DNA of 47,193 nucleotides from an uncultured Sangeribacter sp. (GCA_964566015.1 CAZMHE010000001.1:1-47193); one strand, 5' to 3'. Numbered from the stretch's first letter, positions 37,840 to 47,193 are shown. The notes: generated by a model from the sequence alone, not told the origin. Translations and numbers: made by a program.

Positions 37840-38445
37840 TTATTTTTTCTTTTTCTTCCCTTTCGGAGCAGGGGTTGTGTCGATATATTCGTTGAGTCGG
37901 TAGTTGGCAGGGTCTATCACAATCCTGCCCCCGGAGATCTCAGCAATGTCAGCAAAAACCTTGGCATCGCTCATACTTTCCGGATTATGAATCAGTTGAA
38001 GTTTCTTCATCTGGTTAGCAATAAGGAAGATCTGCTGATCCTTTTCTACACAGTTCTCCATATCGGCAACGGTCCTTATCATGTCCTGAATATTCCTGCC
38101 GTAGTTGCGGAAACGGCTGAAGTCTGACCGATAGGGAATTTTTTCCGGACGTGGAGTGAGTTCCTCGGCAGTGATCACCTCACAGGGGAAATCAATATCG
38201 AGCTCAAAGCGAGCCATGATGTTCAGATGATCCCATATCTTTCTTCTGTCACCTCCGTCACCGATCACTGAGGGGAAGAGAGTAGCCATAACATCAGCAA
38301 TGGCATGTGCGCAACGGGTGCGTTCCTCGCGATCTTCTATCATCACGCAGTGATCCACCATACGCTGAATGTTCCTGCCGTATTCAGGCAGAGGAAGCTG
38401 GGCTTCGCTCACATTATATGGTATTGTCTTAAACTGATTGTCCAT
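37840..38445 (-). CDS. DUF4290 domain protein
   Basis: LPEYGRNIQRMVDH, KIWDHL, IANQMKK; adjacent to murA as usual in Bacteroidetes. Confidence 0.85.
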   Translation of the reverse strand: MDNQFKTIPYNVSEAQLPLPEYGRNIQRMVDHCVMIEDREERTRCAHAIADVMATLFPSVIGDGGDRRKIWDHLNIMARFELDIDFPCEVITAEELTPRPEKIPYRSDFSRFRNYGRNIQDMIRTVADMENCVEKDQQIFLIANQMKKLQLIHNPESMSDAKVFADIAEISGGRIVIDPANYRLNEYIDTTPAPKGKKKKK

Positions 38446-38456
38446 TATTCAATCTT

Positions 38457-39158
38457 TCACTTATTCAATACACTGTTTTTGGGAACAGTGGTCTGGTATT
38501 CCTTTAGATAATTGGGCACGCAATATGCCGTATCAGCAAATTTCCCCTCACGGAAACATTTCTCCGAGAGAGCTATCATGTCGCGGGCATGCGGCTGCAA
38601 CGCTCCGAGCCAAACGGCATTGTCACCCGTGTACACATCCTTGAACTTCTCGCTCCCGTCGCCGATGAAGATCACCTTCCGTCGGTCGTGAAGCTGAGCG
38701 AAGGAATCTTTCGTAAGAATCTCGGCACCCTCGGCTACCACCGGTTGAAGGCTGAAGTCATAGGCTCCGGCAAACACCTCCATCCTGCGGGCATCGACCA
38801 TTCCGACAATGACCTCATCACCCTCCCATTCCATATTCCTGAACATCGCCTTGACTGCAAGAACCTGAAGAGTGGAGAGTGCGATAAGAGGAACGTCGAG
38901 ACTGAATGCAAGCCCCTTCGCAAACGACAGACCGATCCTTAAACCTGTGTAAGAACCGGGACCCATACTGACTGCAACGGCATCCGGCTTCTCATCCTTG
39001 CGTTTTAGCTCAGCCATACATTTCTCGACAAATGGAGCAAGTTGAACGGCATGATTCATGTCTTCCGAACTCTCGAGTTCAAGTTCGACAACACCATCTT
39101 TCGTCAATGCCACACTGCATGTCTTTGAAGATGTCTCAATATTTATAATGATAGCCAT
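38457..39158 (-). CDS. tsaB: tRNA threonylcarbamoyladenosine biosynthesis protein TsaB
   Basis: IETSSKTCSVAL, GPGSYTGLRIG, DARRMEV, P.YL. Confidence 0.95.
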   Translation of the reverse strand: MAIIINIETSSKTCSVALTKDGVVELELESSEDMNHAVQLAPFVEKCMAELKRKDEKPDAVAVSMGPGSYTGLRIGLSFAKGLAFSLDVPLIALSTLQVLAVKAMFRNMEWEGDEVIVGMVDARRMEVFAGAYDFSLQPVVAEGAEILTKDSFAQLHDRRKVIFIGDGSEKFKDVYTGDNAVWLGALQPHARDMIALSEKCFREGKFADTAYCVPNYLKEYQTTVPKNSVLNK

Positions 39159-39186
39159 TTTTCCCTTAGGTTTAAAATATCATTTT

Positions 39187-40776
39187 TCATATCCCGGCTT
39201 TCGTAGAGGTATCGCCGGCCAAAGCTGAGGCACAAGCCTCGGCACAACGTTGACCGTCTATGGCTGCCGATACAATTCCCCCGGCATAACCGGCTCCCTC
39301 TCCGGCAGGATATAACCCTTCTATCCTGATGTGACGGAATGTGTCTCGTTCGCGTGGTATCCGCACCGGGCTCGATGTTCTTGACTCCAGCCCGACCATA
39401 AGGGCTTTGTTGGTCAGAAATCCGGGGCACTTCCTGTCGAAACTCTTGAATCCGTCCTTTAGGCGACCCGAAATTTCCGGGGGAAGAAGAAGATCAAGAC
39501 GCGAACTGTGGATACCGGCCGGATATGAGCTCTTCGGAAGATCCTCTGAAAGTTTACCCTCTGTAAAATCTTTCATACGCTGTGCCGGTGCATTCAGGGT
39601 TTGACCCGATTCCTCGAAAAATTTTCGCTCCAGATCCTCCTGAAGCAACATCATTTCAAGAGGCCCGTATTGGGAATAACCCGATATGTCGCCCGGATGC
39701 AACTCAACCACCATACCCGAGTTGGCCCACCGGCTCGCACGGGCAGATGCTGACATTCCGTTCACCACAGACTGCCCCGGGGCTGACATCGCAGGGACAA
39801 TCACGCCACCCGGACACATGCAGAAGGAATATACTCCCCTGCCGTCAACCTGAGTAACATAACTATACTCTGCCGCCGGAAGATACTTGCCACGCCCGTC
39901 TTCCGAATGATATTGAAGTTTATCAATGAGTTCCTGCGGGTGCTCGAGGCGCACACCTATAGCCAGACCCTTTGCCTCGAGGTCAATCCCCTCGGAAGCA
40001 AGCATACGGTAGACATCTCTCGCGGAATGGCCGGTTGCCAATATGACGGGACCATTGATCACTTCACCTTTGGCGGTGACAACCCCGACTGCTTTCTCGC
40101 CGTCAAGGATAATCCTTTCCACCTTGCACCCGAATCGCACCTCACCCCCGCATCTTCTGATGGTTTCCCTGATATTCTTGATGATATCCGGAAGCTTGTC
40201 GCTCCCGATGTGGGGATGTGAGTCAATCAGAATATCTGAGGAAGCCCCGTGATCGTGAAGGATACGCAGGATTTCTCCGACGTTACCACGCTTCTTGCTA
40301 CGGGTGAAGAGCTTCCCGTCGCTATATGCGCCGGCGCCACCCTCACCGAAGCAATAGTTGCTCTCGGGGTCAACCCTGCCTTCCCTGCTTATTGTCGCAA
40401 GTTCCCGGCGGCGTGTATCAACATCGCTTCCACGCTCGAGCACGATCGGACGCATGCCGAGATTGATGGCCTTGAGGGCGGCAAAAAGACCGGCAGGCCC
40501 GGCTCCGACAATCACAACCTGCGGAGCATCCTCCTCAACAGGAAGATATTCAACCGGAGGCTCGGATGGTGCGACATACCTGTCGTCACCCGTGGCTACC
40601 CTGACCGTGAGATTAACCACGACATTGCGCCTGCGGGCATCTATGGATCGACGTATTACTCGAAAATCATTGATATCCTGAGGCTTCAGACCCATATAGG
40701 AAGCTGCTTCCTTCTTTATCAAGGAAGCGTCTGAAGCTATCTTGGGACTGACTCTCAGGAGTATATCATCTTTCAT
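39187..40776 (-). CDS. NAD(P)/FAD-dependent oxidoreductase
   Basis: VGAGPAG, FGEGGAGAYSDGKL, ATGHSARD, SFCMCPGG, ESRTSSPVRI, GEGAGYAGGI; start set to ATG 40776, downstream of the promoter. Confidence 0.88.
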   Translation of the reverse strand: MKDDILLRVSPKIASDASLIKKEAASYMGLKPQDINDFRVIRRSIDARRRNVVVNLTVRVATGDDRYVAPSEPPVEYLPVEEDAPQVVIVGAGPAGLFAALKAINLGMRPIVLERGSDVDTRRRELATISREGRVDPESNYCFGEGGAGAYSDGKLFTRSKKRGNVGEILRILHDHGASSDILIDSHPHIGSDKLPDIIKNIRETIRRCGGEVRFGCKVERIILDGEKAVGVVTAKGEVINGPVILATGHSARDVYRMLASEGIDLEAKGLAIGVRLEHPQELIDKLQYHSEDGRGKYLPAAEYSYVTQVDGRGVYSFCMCPGGVIVPAMSAPGQSVVNGMSASARASRWANSGMVVELHPGDISGYSQYGPLEMMLLQEDLERKFFEESGQTLNAPAQRMKDFTEGKLSEDLPKSSYPAGIHSSRLDLLLPPEISGRLKDGFKSFDRKCPGFLTNKALMVGLESRTSSPVRIPRERDTFRHIRIEGLYPAGEGAGYAGGIVSAAIDGQRCAEACASALAGDTSTKAGI

Positions 40777-40816
40777 AAATTCATTGAAATTCCTGAAGAT
40801 GGAATTTATCAATTTG

Positions 40817-40847
40817 CAAATTTAAAAAAAATTCGCGAGTCTACAAA
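40817..40847 (-). promoter_or_regulatory. Sigma-A promoter of the FAD oxidoreductase-tsaB-murA-rimM operon
   Basis: TTTG (40847-40844), 19-nt spacer, TAAATTTG (40824-40817). Confidence 0.65.
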
Positions 40848-40890
40848 CCTCAAATCCAAAATGCGTGTTTCTGCGCATATCGACAAACTC

Positions 40891-40929
40891 GGTTTTAACG
40901 TTCTATTATTAGGTTTTAACGTTATATTA
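40891..40929. repeat. 18-bp direct repeat GGTTTTAACGTT(C/A)TATTA, 21-bp period
   Basis: Copies at 40891-40908 and 40912-40929 in a divergent intergenic region. Confidence 0.75.
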
Positions 40930-40994
40930 CTATATGACGTGTCATTTTGAGGAAAAATCTCCTCGATCTGATCACCAACTTTTTGATTACGATT

Positions 40995-41663
40995 ATGAAT
41001 AAAAATGTTTTTGGTTTTCTATTCGATCTTGACGGTGTCTTAATCGACAGCGAGACCGAATATACAAGAATATGGTCAACCATAAATGAGGAATATCCCA
41101 CCGGAGTTCCCTCTTTTGAAAAAGTAATAAAAGGCTCTACCCTCGACAGGATCCTCGACAAATACTATCCCGAAACCGACGTTCGTGATAAAGTTGTGGC
41201 GCGATTATACGAACTCGAGGGGAAAATGAAATATTCTTTCCTTCCGGGGGCTCGCGAATTGTTGACAGAGCTCAATGAGAGACATTATCCCGCCGCTATG
41301 GTGACAAGCAGTAATGACGACAAGATGCGTCACCTTTATCAGGAAATCCCGGACATCGGTGATTACTTCAAATCTATCGTCACGGCCGACCTGATAACGA
41401 AGTCAAAACCGGATCCCGAAGGTTATCTTTTAGGCGCGGATCTGATAGGGGTTGACATAAAGGATTGCGCGGTCTTTGAAGATTCCCTGCAGGGTGTCAA
41501 GGCCGGAAGGGCATCCGGGGCTTTCGTCGTGGGCATCACCGGCACACTCGGAGCCGAAGCAATCGCTCCATGGTGTGACATTCTCGTGAAGGATCTGTCG
41601 GAAATCAACCTTGACAAACTGATTCTCCTCATGGAGAAAAGAAACTCCTCTCCTCAACAATGA
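40995..41663 (+). CDS. HAD family phosphatase (beta-PGM-like subfamily IA)
   Basis: FDLDGVLIDSE, VTSS, KPDPEGY, FEDSLQG; start ATG 40995. Confidence 0.9.
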   Translation: MNKNVFGFLFDLDGVLIDSETEYTRIWSTINEEYPTGVPSFEKVIKGSTLDRILDKYYPETDVRDKVVARLYELEGKMKYSFLPGARELLTELNERHYPAAMVTSSNDDKMRHLYQEIPDIGDYFKSIVTADLITKSKPDPEGYLLGADLIGVDIKDCAVFEDSLQGVKAGRASGAFVVGITGTLGAEAIAPWCDILVKDLSEINLDKLILLMEKRNSSPQQ

Positions 41664-42943
41664 ATACAAACATTCCGCTTGCCGAACGCCTTCGGCCCAA
41701 AACTCTCGACGATTATATCGGTCAGAAGCATCTTGTCGGTGATAACGGCATCATCCGCAAGATGATCGAGACAGGTCGTGTCAATTCCTTTATACTCTGG
41801 GGACCACCCGGGGTCGGCAAGACCACGCTTGCCCGAATCATAGCCAACAGTGTCGAGGCTTCGTTCTACACTTTAAGTGCTGTCACTTCCGGTGTCAAAG
41901 ATGTCCGTGATGTAATTGAGAAATGCCGCCGTGATGCCACGAGCATGTTTTCAAAGGCTCGCCCTATCCTCTTCATCGATGAAATCCATCGTTTCAGCAA
42001 GTCTCAACAGGATTCCCTACTTGGAGCAGTGGAGCAGGGTATCGTGACCTTGATAGGAGCCACAACGGAAAATCCCTCGTTCGAGGTGATCCGCCCTCTC
42101 CTGTCGCGCTCGCAGGTCTACACACTCAAAAGTCTCGACACGAAGGATCTGCAGATTCTTCTTGACAACGCCCTCACCAAAGATCCCGTACTTTCCAAAA
42201 GAGATGTGTCTGTTAAAGAAACTGACGCCCTGTTCAGGTTCTCCGGAGGAGATGCGCGGAAACTGCTCAATATCCTCGATTTGTTGGAACAGTCTACACC
42301 GGCCGGAGAGGAGATTATCATAGATGACAGGAATGTCACCGAACGTCTTCAGGAAAACCCCGCCGCCTACGACCGTAACGGTGAACTTCACTACGACATT
42401 ATCTCCGCATTCATCAAATCCGTGCGTGGCAGCGATCCTGATGCCGCCGTTTATTGGCTTGCCAGAATGGTGGCCGGAGGTGAGGATCCCGAGTTCATTG
42501 CGCGTCGACTCGTGATTCTTGCAGCTGAAGATATCGGACTCGCCAATCCCAACGCACTCCTCCTTGCTAACGCCACATTCGATGCACTCAAGAAGATCGG
42601 TTGGCCTGAAGGGAGGATAATCCTTGCGGAATGTACCGTTTATCTTGCCACATCACCAAAAAGCAATTCCGCCTACAAATCAATCGCAGCAGCTCTTGAT
42701 GCCGTCAGTAAAACCGGCAATCTCCCGGTACCCCTGCACCTGCGCAACGCCCCGACTTCACTGATGAAGGAACTCGGCTATCATGAGGGGTACAAGTATG
42801 CTCACGACTTCAAGGGGAATTATGTCGAACAGCAATACCTCCCCGATGCTCTTGAAGGGAGCCGCTTCTGGGACCCGTGTGACAACTCTCAGGAGGCGCG
42901 TATGTGGAGTCATCTCGAGTCTCTTCGCAAGAAAGAGAGTTAA
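41660..42943 (+). CDS. rarA: Replication-associated recombination protein A (RarA/MgsA)
   Basis: PLAERLRP, GPPGVGKT, IDEIHRF, GATTENPSF, SAFIKSVRGSDPDA, VPLHLRNAPT. Confidence 0.95.
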   Translation: MNTNIPLAERLRPKTLDDYIGQKHLVGDNGIIRKMIETGRVNSFILWGPPGVGKTTLARIIANSVEASFYTLSAVTSGVKDVRDVIEKCRRDATSMFSKARPILFIDEIHRFSKSQQDSLLGAVEQGIVTLIGATTENPSFEVIRPLLSRSQVYTLKSLDTKDLQILLDNALTKDPVLSKRDVSVKETDALFRFSGGDARKLLNILDLLEQSTPAGEEIIIDDRNVTERLQENPAAYDRNGELHYDIISAFIKSVRGSDPDAAVYWLARMVAGGEDPEFIARRLVILAAEDIGLANPNALLLANATFDALKKIGWPEGRIILAECTVYLATSPKSNSAYKSIAAALDAVSKTGNLPVPLHLRNAPTSLMKELGYHEGYKYAHDFKGNYVEQQYLPDALEGSRFWDPCDNSQEARMWSHLESLRKKES

Positions 42944-42978
42944 TCATGTTTCTTCCTGCAAAATTAAGTCTGAATTAT

Positions 42979-43009
42979 TTTGCAAAGTTTAGGCAAAATA
43001 TTAAATTTG
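42979..43009 (+). promoter_or_regulatory. Sigma-A promoter of serC-serA
   Basis: TTTG (42979-42982), 19-nt spacer, TAAATTTG (43002-43009). Confidence 0.7.
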
Positions 43010-43135
43010 CTCCCGCAAACCATGTCATTTCCCATGGATGATTCCAACAGAGTCTCTCCCCGGAAATGACCCGGATAAGAAATTACAAACTGAGCCCATG
43101 ATACGCGGCTCGCTAAAACCCGGATTCAACAGCAA

Positions 43136-44206
43136 ATGAAAAAACACAATTTCTATGCTGGCCCCAGTATCCTGAGCCAGTACACTATCGACAAGACGGC
43201 CGAGGCTGTTAGAGACTTCGCCGATATGGGTCTTTCGATCCTTGAGATTTCCCACCGTAGCAAACAGTTCCAGGCAGTCATGGATGAGACCGTGGCTCTC
43301 TTCAAGGAATTACTTGAGATTCCGGAAGGCTACAGTGTGCTTTTCCTCGGCGGCGGTGCAAGCCTGCAGTTCGCCATGGTGCCCATGAATCTCCTTGCCA
43401 AGAAAGCTTCCTACCTCGACACCGGCGTGTGGGCTTCCAAAGCCATCAAGGAGGCGAAGCTCTTCGGAGATGTCGATGTCGTGGCCAGCTCCAAAGACCG
43501 TAATTACACCTATATTCCCAAAGATTATACGGTACCCACAGATTCAGATTATTTCCATTACACATCGAACAACACGATCTACGGCACGGAAATCCGCAAG
43601 GATCCCGATGTGCCTGTCCGTCTCGTGGCTGACATGAGCTCCGACATCTTCACACGCCCCGTCGACATTTCGAAGTATGATCTGATTTATGGAGGTGCTC
43701 AGAAGAATCTCGCTCCCTCCGGCGTCACTTTTGTTATCGTCAAGGATGATGCCCTCGGCCATGTTGACCGTCCCCTCCCGACGATGCTCGACTACCGCAC
43801 CCATGTGAAGAAGGGTTCAATGTTCAATACTCCCCCTGTTCTTCCGATTTTCTCAGCTCTCCAGACTCTTAAATATTATAAGCAGCTCGGAGGCGTGCGT
43901 GCCATCGAGAAACTCGACATCGAGAAGGCTGATTGCCTCTACAATGCCATCGACGGCAGCCGCATGTTCGTAGCCACAGTGCCCGACCATGCTGACCGTT
44001 CCATCATGAACGTATGCTTCGTCATGAAACCGGAATATGCCGAACTCGAGAAAGACTTCATTGATTTCGCCACAGAGCGCGGCATGGTTGGCATCAAGGG
44101 TCACCGCGACGTAGGCGGTTTCCGTGCTTCCCTCTACAATGCTCTCCCCCTCGAGAGCGTGAAGGCACTCGTGGCTTGCATGAAGGAATTTGAGGCAAAA
44201 TATTGA
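43136..44206 (+). CDS. serC: 3-phosphoserine/phosphohydroxythreonine aminotransferase
   Basis: NFYAGP, SHRS, GGASLQF, DMSS, GAQKN, NTPP, GHR..GG.RASLYNA. Confidence 0.97.
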   Translation: MKKHNFYAGPSILSQYTIDKTAEAVRDFADMGLSILEISHRSKQFQAVMDETVALFKELLEIPEGYSVLFLGGGASLQFAMVPMNLLAKKASYLDTGVWASKAIKEAKLFGDVDVVASSKDRNYTYIPKDYTVPTDSDYFHYTSNNTIYGTEIRKDPDVPVRLVADMSSDIFTRPVDISKYDLIYGGAQKNLAPSGVTFVIVKDDALGHVDRPLPTMLDYRTHVKKGSMFNTPPVLPIFSALQTLKYYKQLGGVRAIEKLDIEKADCLYNAIDGSRMFVATVPDHADRSIMNVCFVMKPEYAELEKDFIDFATERGMVGIKGHRDVGGFRASLYNALPLESVKALVACMKEFEAKY

Positions 44207-44222
44207 TAAAAACAGGATAGAT

Positions 44223-45140
44223 ATGAAAATATTGGTTTTCACCGAAAAACCTTTCGCTCCTGCGGCGGTCAAGGCTATCGCCAACACCATCAATGCCTCA
44301 GGCAATGAGATGGAGCTCGTGGAGCGTGGCACACGTGCCGACCTTATCGAGGCTGTTAAGAATGCAGACGGTCTCATTGTCCGCAGCGACGTGATCGACG
44401 CAGACGTCATGGACGCCGCTCCCCGACTAAAAGTGATCGTACGTGCCGGAGCCGGCTATGACAATATCGACCTCGCGGCTGCCACAGCCAAAGGAATCTG
44501 CGTGATGAACACTCCGGGGCAGAATTCAAACGCTGTTGCCGAGCTCGTATTCGGAATGGTCGTGATGATGTGCCGCAATCAGTATAACGGCACCTCCGGC
44601 TCAGAGCTTAAGGATAAACGCCTCGGAATCTATGCCTTCGGTCAGGTTGGACGCAATGTAGCAAGAATTGCCAAAGGTTTCGGCATGAAACTCAGTGCCC
44701 TCGACGTTTTCGTACCTGATGCCGTGATGGAGGCTGAAGGCGTGAAACCTCTTCATGATGTCAACACCCTCTTCTCTGAAAATGATTTCGTGTCACTTCA
44801 TATCCCGGCCACTCCCGAGACAAAAGGATCAATCGGCTATGACCTCGTGATGCGTATGCCTCAGAATGGAGTGCTCATCAATACCGCCCGCAAGGAAGTC
44901 ATTGATGAGGATGGTCTCATCAAGGCTCTTCAGGAGCGCCCTGACCTCCGCTATGTCAGCGACATCAAGCCCGGCAAAGCAGAGGAGTTTGAGAAACTGT
45001 TCGGAGCAAGGGTATTCTTTACTCCCAAGAAAATGGGGGCACAGACCGCCGAAGCTAATTTCAACGCCGGAGTGGCGGCCGCAGAACAGGCCATAGCCTA
45101 CCTTAAGGATGGTTGGAATAAATATCAGGTCAACAAATAA
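44223..45140 (+). CDS. serA: D-3-phosphoglycerate dehydrogenase (short form without ACT domain)
   Basis: VRSD, RAGAGYDNID, NTPGQNSNAVAEL, INTAR, KMGAQT (Lys-type active site); follows serC. Confidence 0.88.
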   Translation: MKILVFTEKPFAPAAVKAIANTINASGNEMELVERGTRADLIEAVKNADGLIVRSDVIDADVMDAAPRLKVIVRAGAGYDNIDLAAATAKGICVMNTPGQNSNAVAELVFGMVVMMCRNQYNGTSGSELKDKRLGIYAFGQVGRNVARIAKGFGMKLSALDVFVPDAVMEAEGVKPLHDVNTLFSENDFVSLHIPATPETKGSIGYDLVMRMPQNGVLINTARKEVIDEDGLIKALQERPDLRYVSDIKPGKAEEFEKLFGARVFFTPKKMGAQTAEANFNAGVAAAEQAIAYLKDGWNKYQVNK

Positions 45141-45159
45141 TCCAGCATATCCGGATATC

Positions 45160-45209
45160 AGATAAAGAAAACAGGACACTTCCGAAGAAGTGTCCTGTTT
45201 TCTTTATCT
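45160..45209. terminator. Bidirectional intrinsic terminator
   Basis: 23-bp perfect arms AGATAAAGAAAACAGGACACTTC / GAAGTGTCCTGTTTTCTTTATCT with a 4-nt loop, between serA and rubredoxin. Confidence 0.9.
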
Positions 45210-45221
45210 TCATGTTGCTTA

Positions 45222-45383
45222 TTACGGCTCTACCACGAAGTCACTCTTGCCGACTCCGCACACCGGGCATACCCAGTCATCGGGGATATCCTCGAATGCT
45301 GTGCCGGGAGCTATGCCGTTGTCGGGATCTCCTACTTCGGGATCATAAATCCAATCGCAAACTTCACATCTGTACTTCTTCAT
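45222..45383 (-). CDS. Rubredoxin (not in the ORF track)
   Basis: Hand translation [53 protein letters not shown] has two CxxC motifs; alternative ATG at 45392. Confidence 0.96.
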   Translation of the reverse strand: MKKYRCEVCDWIYDPEVGDPDNGIAPGTAFEDIPDDWVCPVCGVGKSDFVVEP

Positions 45384-45494
45384 ATCTTTCATAATTTTTT
45401 GTGGTTAAAAAATCCTTGAAAGGTCTTAAATTACCTTTCTCTTTTTCACATTCAACGCCGGAAATGTTATAAATGTTCGTTACTGCCGAATAAA

Positions 45495-45526
45495 TTTGTT
45501 TTTTTCACTGGTGATAATTAACTTTG
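45495..45526 (+). promoter_or_regulatory. Sigma-A promoter of fur-DUF1015
   Basis: TTTG (45495-45498), 20-nt spacer, TAACTTTG (45519-45526). Confidence 0.65.
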
Positions 45527-45577
45527 TGTGAAACTTAAAATGACTCCCCGGAGTCTGTCATAGAAGCATAAATATCG

Positions 45578-46051
45578 ATGCCCCCAAGCCAGAGACATAC
45601 GACATCAGTAGAGAAGTTTACCTCTTTCCTGAACGCCAACCGACTGAGGAAAACTCCTGAAAGATTCGAGATACTTCGTGCCGCTATCGATTGCACGGGA
45701 CACTTTGATGTGGATTGCCTCTACAACGATCTTGAGCGTAGAGGCTACCACGTAAGCCGTGCAACCATCTACAGCACTCTCGAACTACTCTGCCAGAGCG
45801 GTGTTGTGAGGAAACTTCTTTTCGACACCCATCAGGCCCGATATGAGATGGCAGAACTTATCCACAGCCACCTCGTATGCACCCAATGCGGAGAGATAAG
45901 GGAGATCGATCTCGAGGAGACAGACAAGCGCCTTGCCTCCATGAACTTCAAGGGCTTTACCCCGGTGTATGTCTCAACCTGTTTCTACGGGGTGTGTGAC
46001 AAATGCAGGCAGGCCAACCAACAGTCTTCAACAGATTCTCCAATACCATAA
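45578..46051 (+). CDS. Fur family transcriptional regulator
   Basis: LRKTPERFEIL, HF, VSRATIYSTLELL, HSHLVCTQCG, CDKC. Confidence 0.92.
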   Translation: MPPSQRHTTSVEKFTSFLNANRLRKTPERFEILRAAIDCTGHFDVDCLYNDLERRGYHVSRATIYSTLELLCQSGVVRKLLFDTHQARYEMAELIHSHLVCTQCGEIREIDLEETDKRLASMNFKGFTPVYVSTCFYGVCDKCRQANQQSSTDSPIP

Positions 46052-46093
46052 ATTCAATACATAATCAAAAATTACCTTAAAAATCTTCAAACC

Positions 46094-47193
46094 ATGGCCA
46101 AAGTAAAACCATTCAAGGGACTCCGCCCGCCTCGCGACCTGGTGGAGAAAGTCAATTCAAGACCTTATGACGTCCTCAACAGCGAGGAAGCCCGAAAGGA
46201 AGCCGAAGGTAATGAGAAATCTCTCTATCATATCATCAAGCCCGAGATAGATTTCGAGGTGGGTTTTGACGAACACCACCCAGCCGTATATGAGAAAGCA
46301 GTCGAGAACTTTAAGAAATTTCAGGACAACGGCTGGCTCGTGGAAGATGAGAAAGAGAAATACTATATATATGCCCAGACAATGGACGGTCGCACCCAAT
46401 ACGGTTTTGTTGTGGGAGCGTGGGTCAACGACTATATGGAGGGGCGCATCAAGAAACATGAGCTCACCCGCCGCGATAAAGAGGAAGACCGCATGAAGCA
46501 TGTCCGCGTCAACAACGCCAACATAGAGCCTGTCTTCTTTGCCTTCCCCGATAATGATGTCCTCGAAGGTATCATCCGGAAAGTGACAGCCGCAGAACCG
46601 GAATATGATTTCATCGCCCCCGACGGTTTCGGTCATACACTCTGGCAGATTTCCGACGACGAGACAATCAAACTCATCACGGAGGAATTTGCTAAAATAC
46701 CGAATCTTTACATTGCCGACGGTCATCATCGCTCTGCGGCCGCCGCTCTTGTAGGAGCAGAGAAGGCTGCCGCAAATCCCAACCATCGCGGTGATGAGGA
46801 ATACAATTATTTCATGGCGGTGGCCTTCCCGGCCTCTCATCTTCAGATCATCGACTACAACCGCGTAGTAAGAGATCTCAATGGGCTGACTGAGGAGGAA
46901 TTTCTTGATCGTCTCTCGGAGAATTTCATCATCAAGGAGATGGGTGAGGAAATCTATACCCCCTCTTCCCTTCATAATTTCTCACTATATCTCGGAGGGA
47001 AATGGTATTCACTTACAGCACGTCCCGGCACATATGATGATGTCGACCCGATCGGCGTACTCGATGTCACCGTTTCCTCAGACCTCATTCTCCGTGACAT
47101 TTTAGGAATAACCGACCTCAGGTCAGACAAACGTATAGACTTTGTCGGAGGAATACGTGGTCTCGGTGAGCTGAAGCGCAGGGTTGACAGCGG
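46094..47193 (+). CDS. DUF1015 family protein (runs off the window end; not in the ORF track)
   Basis: Hand translation MAKVKPFKGLRPPRDLVEKVNSRPYDV...IKKHELTR...YIADGHHR...DYNRVV. Confidence 0.88.
   Translation, partial: MAKVKPFKGLRPPRDLVEKVNSRPYDVLNSEEARKEAEGNEKSLYHIIKPEIDFEVGFDEHHPAVYEKAVENFKKFQDNGWLVEDEKEKYYIYAQTMDGRTQYGFVVGAWVNDYMEGRIKKHELTRRDKEEDRMKHVRVNNANIEPVFFAFPDNDVLEGIIRKVTAAEPEYDFIAPDGFGHTLWQISDDETIKLITEEFAKIPNLYIADGHHRSAAAALVGAEKAAANPNHRGDEEYNYFMAVAFPASHLQIIDYNRVVRDLNGLTEEEFLDRLSENFIIKEMGEEIYTPSSLHNFSLYLGGKWYSLTARPGTYDDVDPIGVLDVTVSSDLILRDILGITDLRSDKRIDFVGGIRGLGELKRRVDS

Noticed and set aside
40995-41663. HAD phosphatase as the missing SerB
   Set aside because: Its motifs fit the beta-PGM-like subfamily IA rather than SerB, and it is coupled to rarA, with serC having its own promoter
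45212-45394. 60-aa plus-strand ORF
   Set aside because: Antisense to the clear rubredoxin gene
46157-46975. 272-aa minus-strand ORF
   Set aside because: Antisense shadow of the plus-strand DUF1015 gene, which the track missed because it has no stop codon in the window

Overview
A 47 kb chromosomal segment of a Bacteroidales bacterium. The assignment rests on TTTG-N19-21-TAnnTTTG promoters, a T9SS-type C-terminal sorting domain and typical gene families; Muribaculaceae-like is an inference. Most of it is housekeeping: an ECF sigma/anti-sigma operon, recJ-recQ-mltF, a hydrolase-murF-like pair, uvrA, an iorAB-aminotransferase-CoA transferase-GNAT operon, S1/P1 nuclease-HsdR_N-uvrD-nspC, tsaB-DUF4290-murA-rimM, HAD-rarA, serC-serA, a rubredoxin missed by the ORF track, fur and a truncated DUF1015 gene. 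A 28-bp XerCD dif site lies at 17378-17405, so the window probably spans the replication terminus. Two items stand out. (1) About 5 kb from dif, an XRE-HTH gene sits beside an ~800-bp non-coding AT-rich tract packed with TTACAA/TTGTAA motifs, a candidate terminus-associated protein-plus-binding-array system. (2) Directly beside dif, a stand-alone 1362-aa protein combines OB/S1-like repeats, a Schlafen/AlbA_2 nuclease domain with intact catalytic motifs and a C-terminus resembling GyrA beta-pinwheel repeats, a candidate anti-phage effector. I saw no rRNA, tRNA, CRISPR array, transposase or integrase. All domain calls were made by eye, without database searches.
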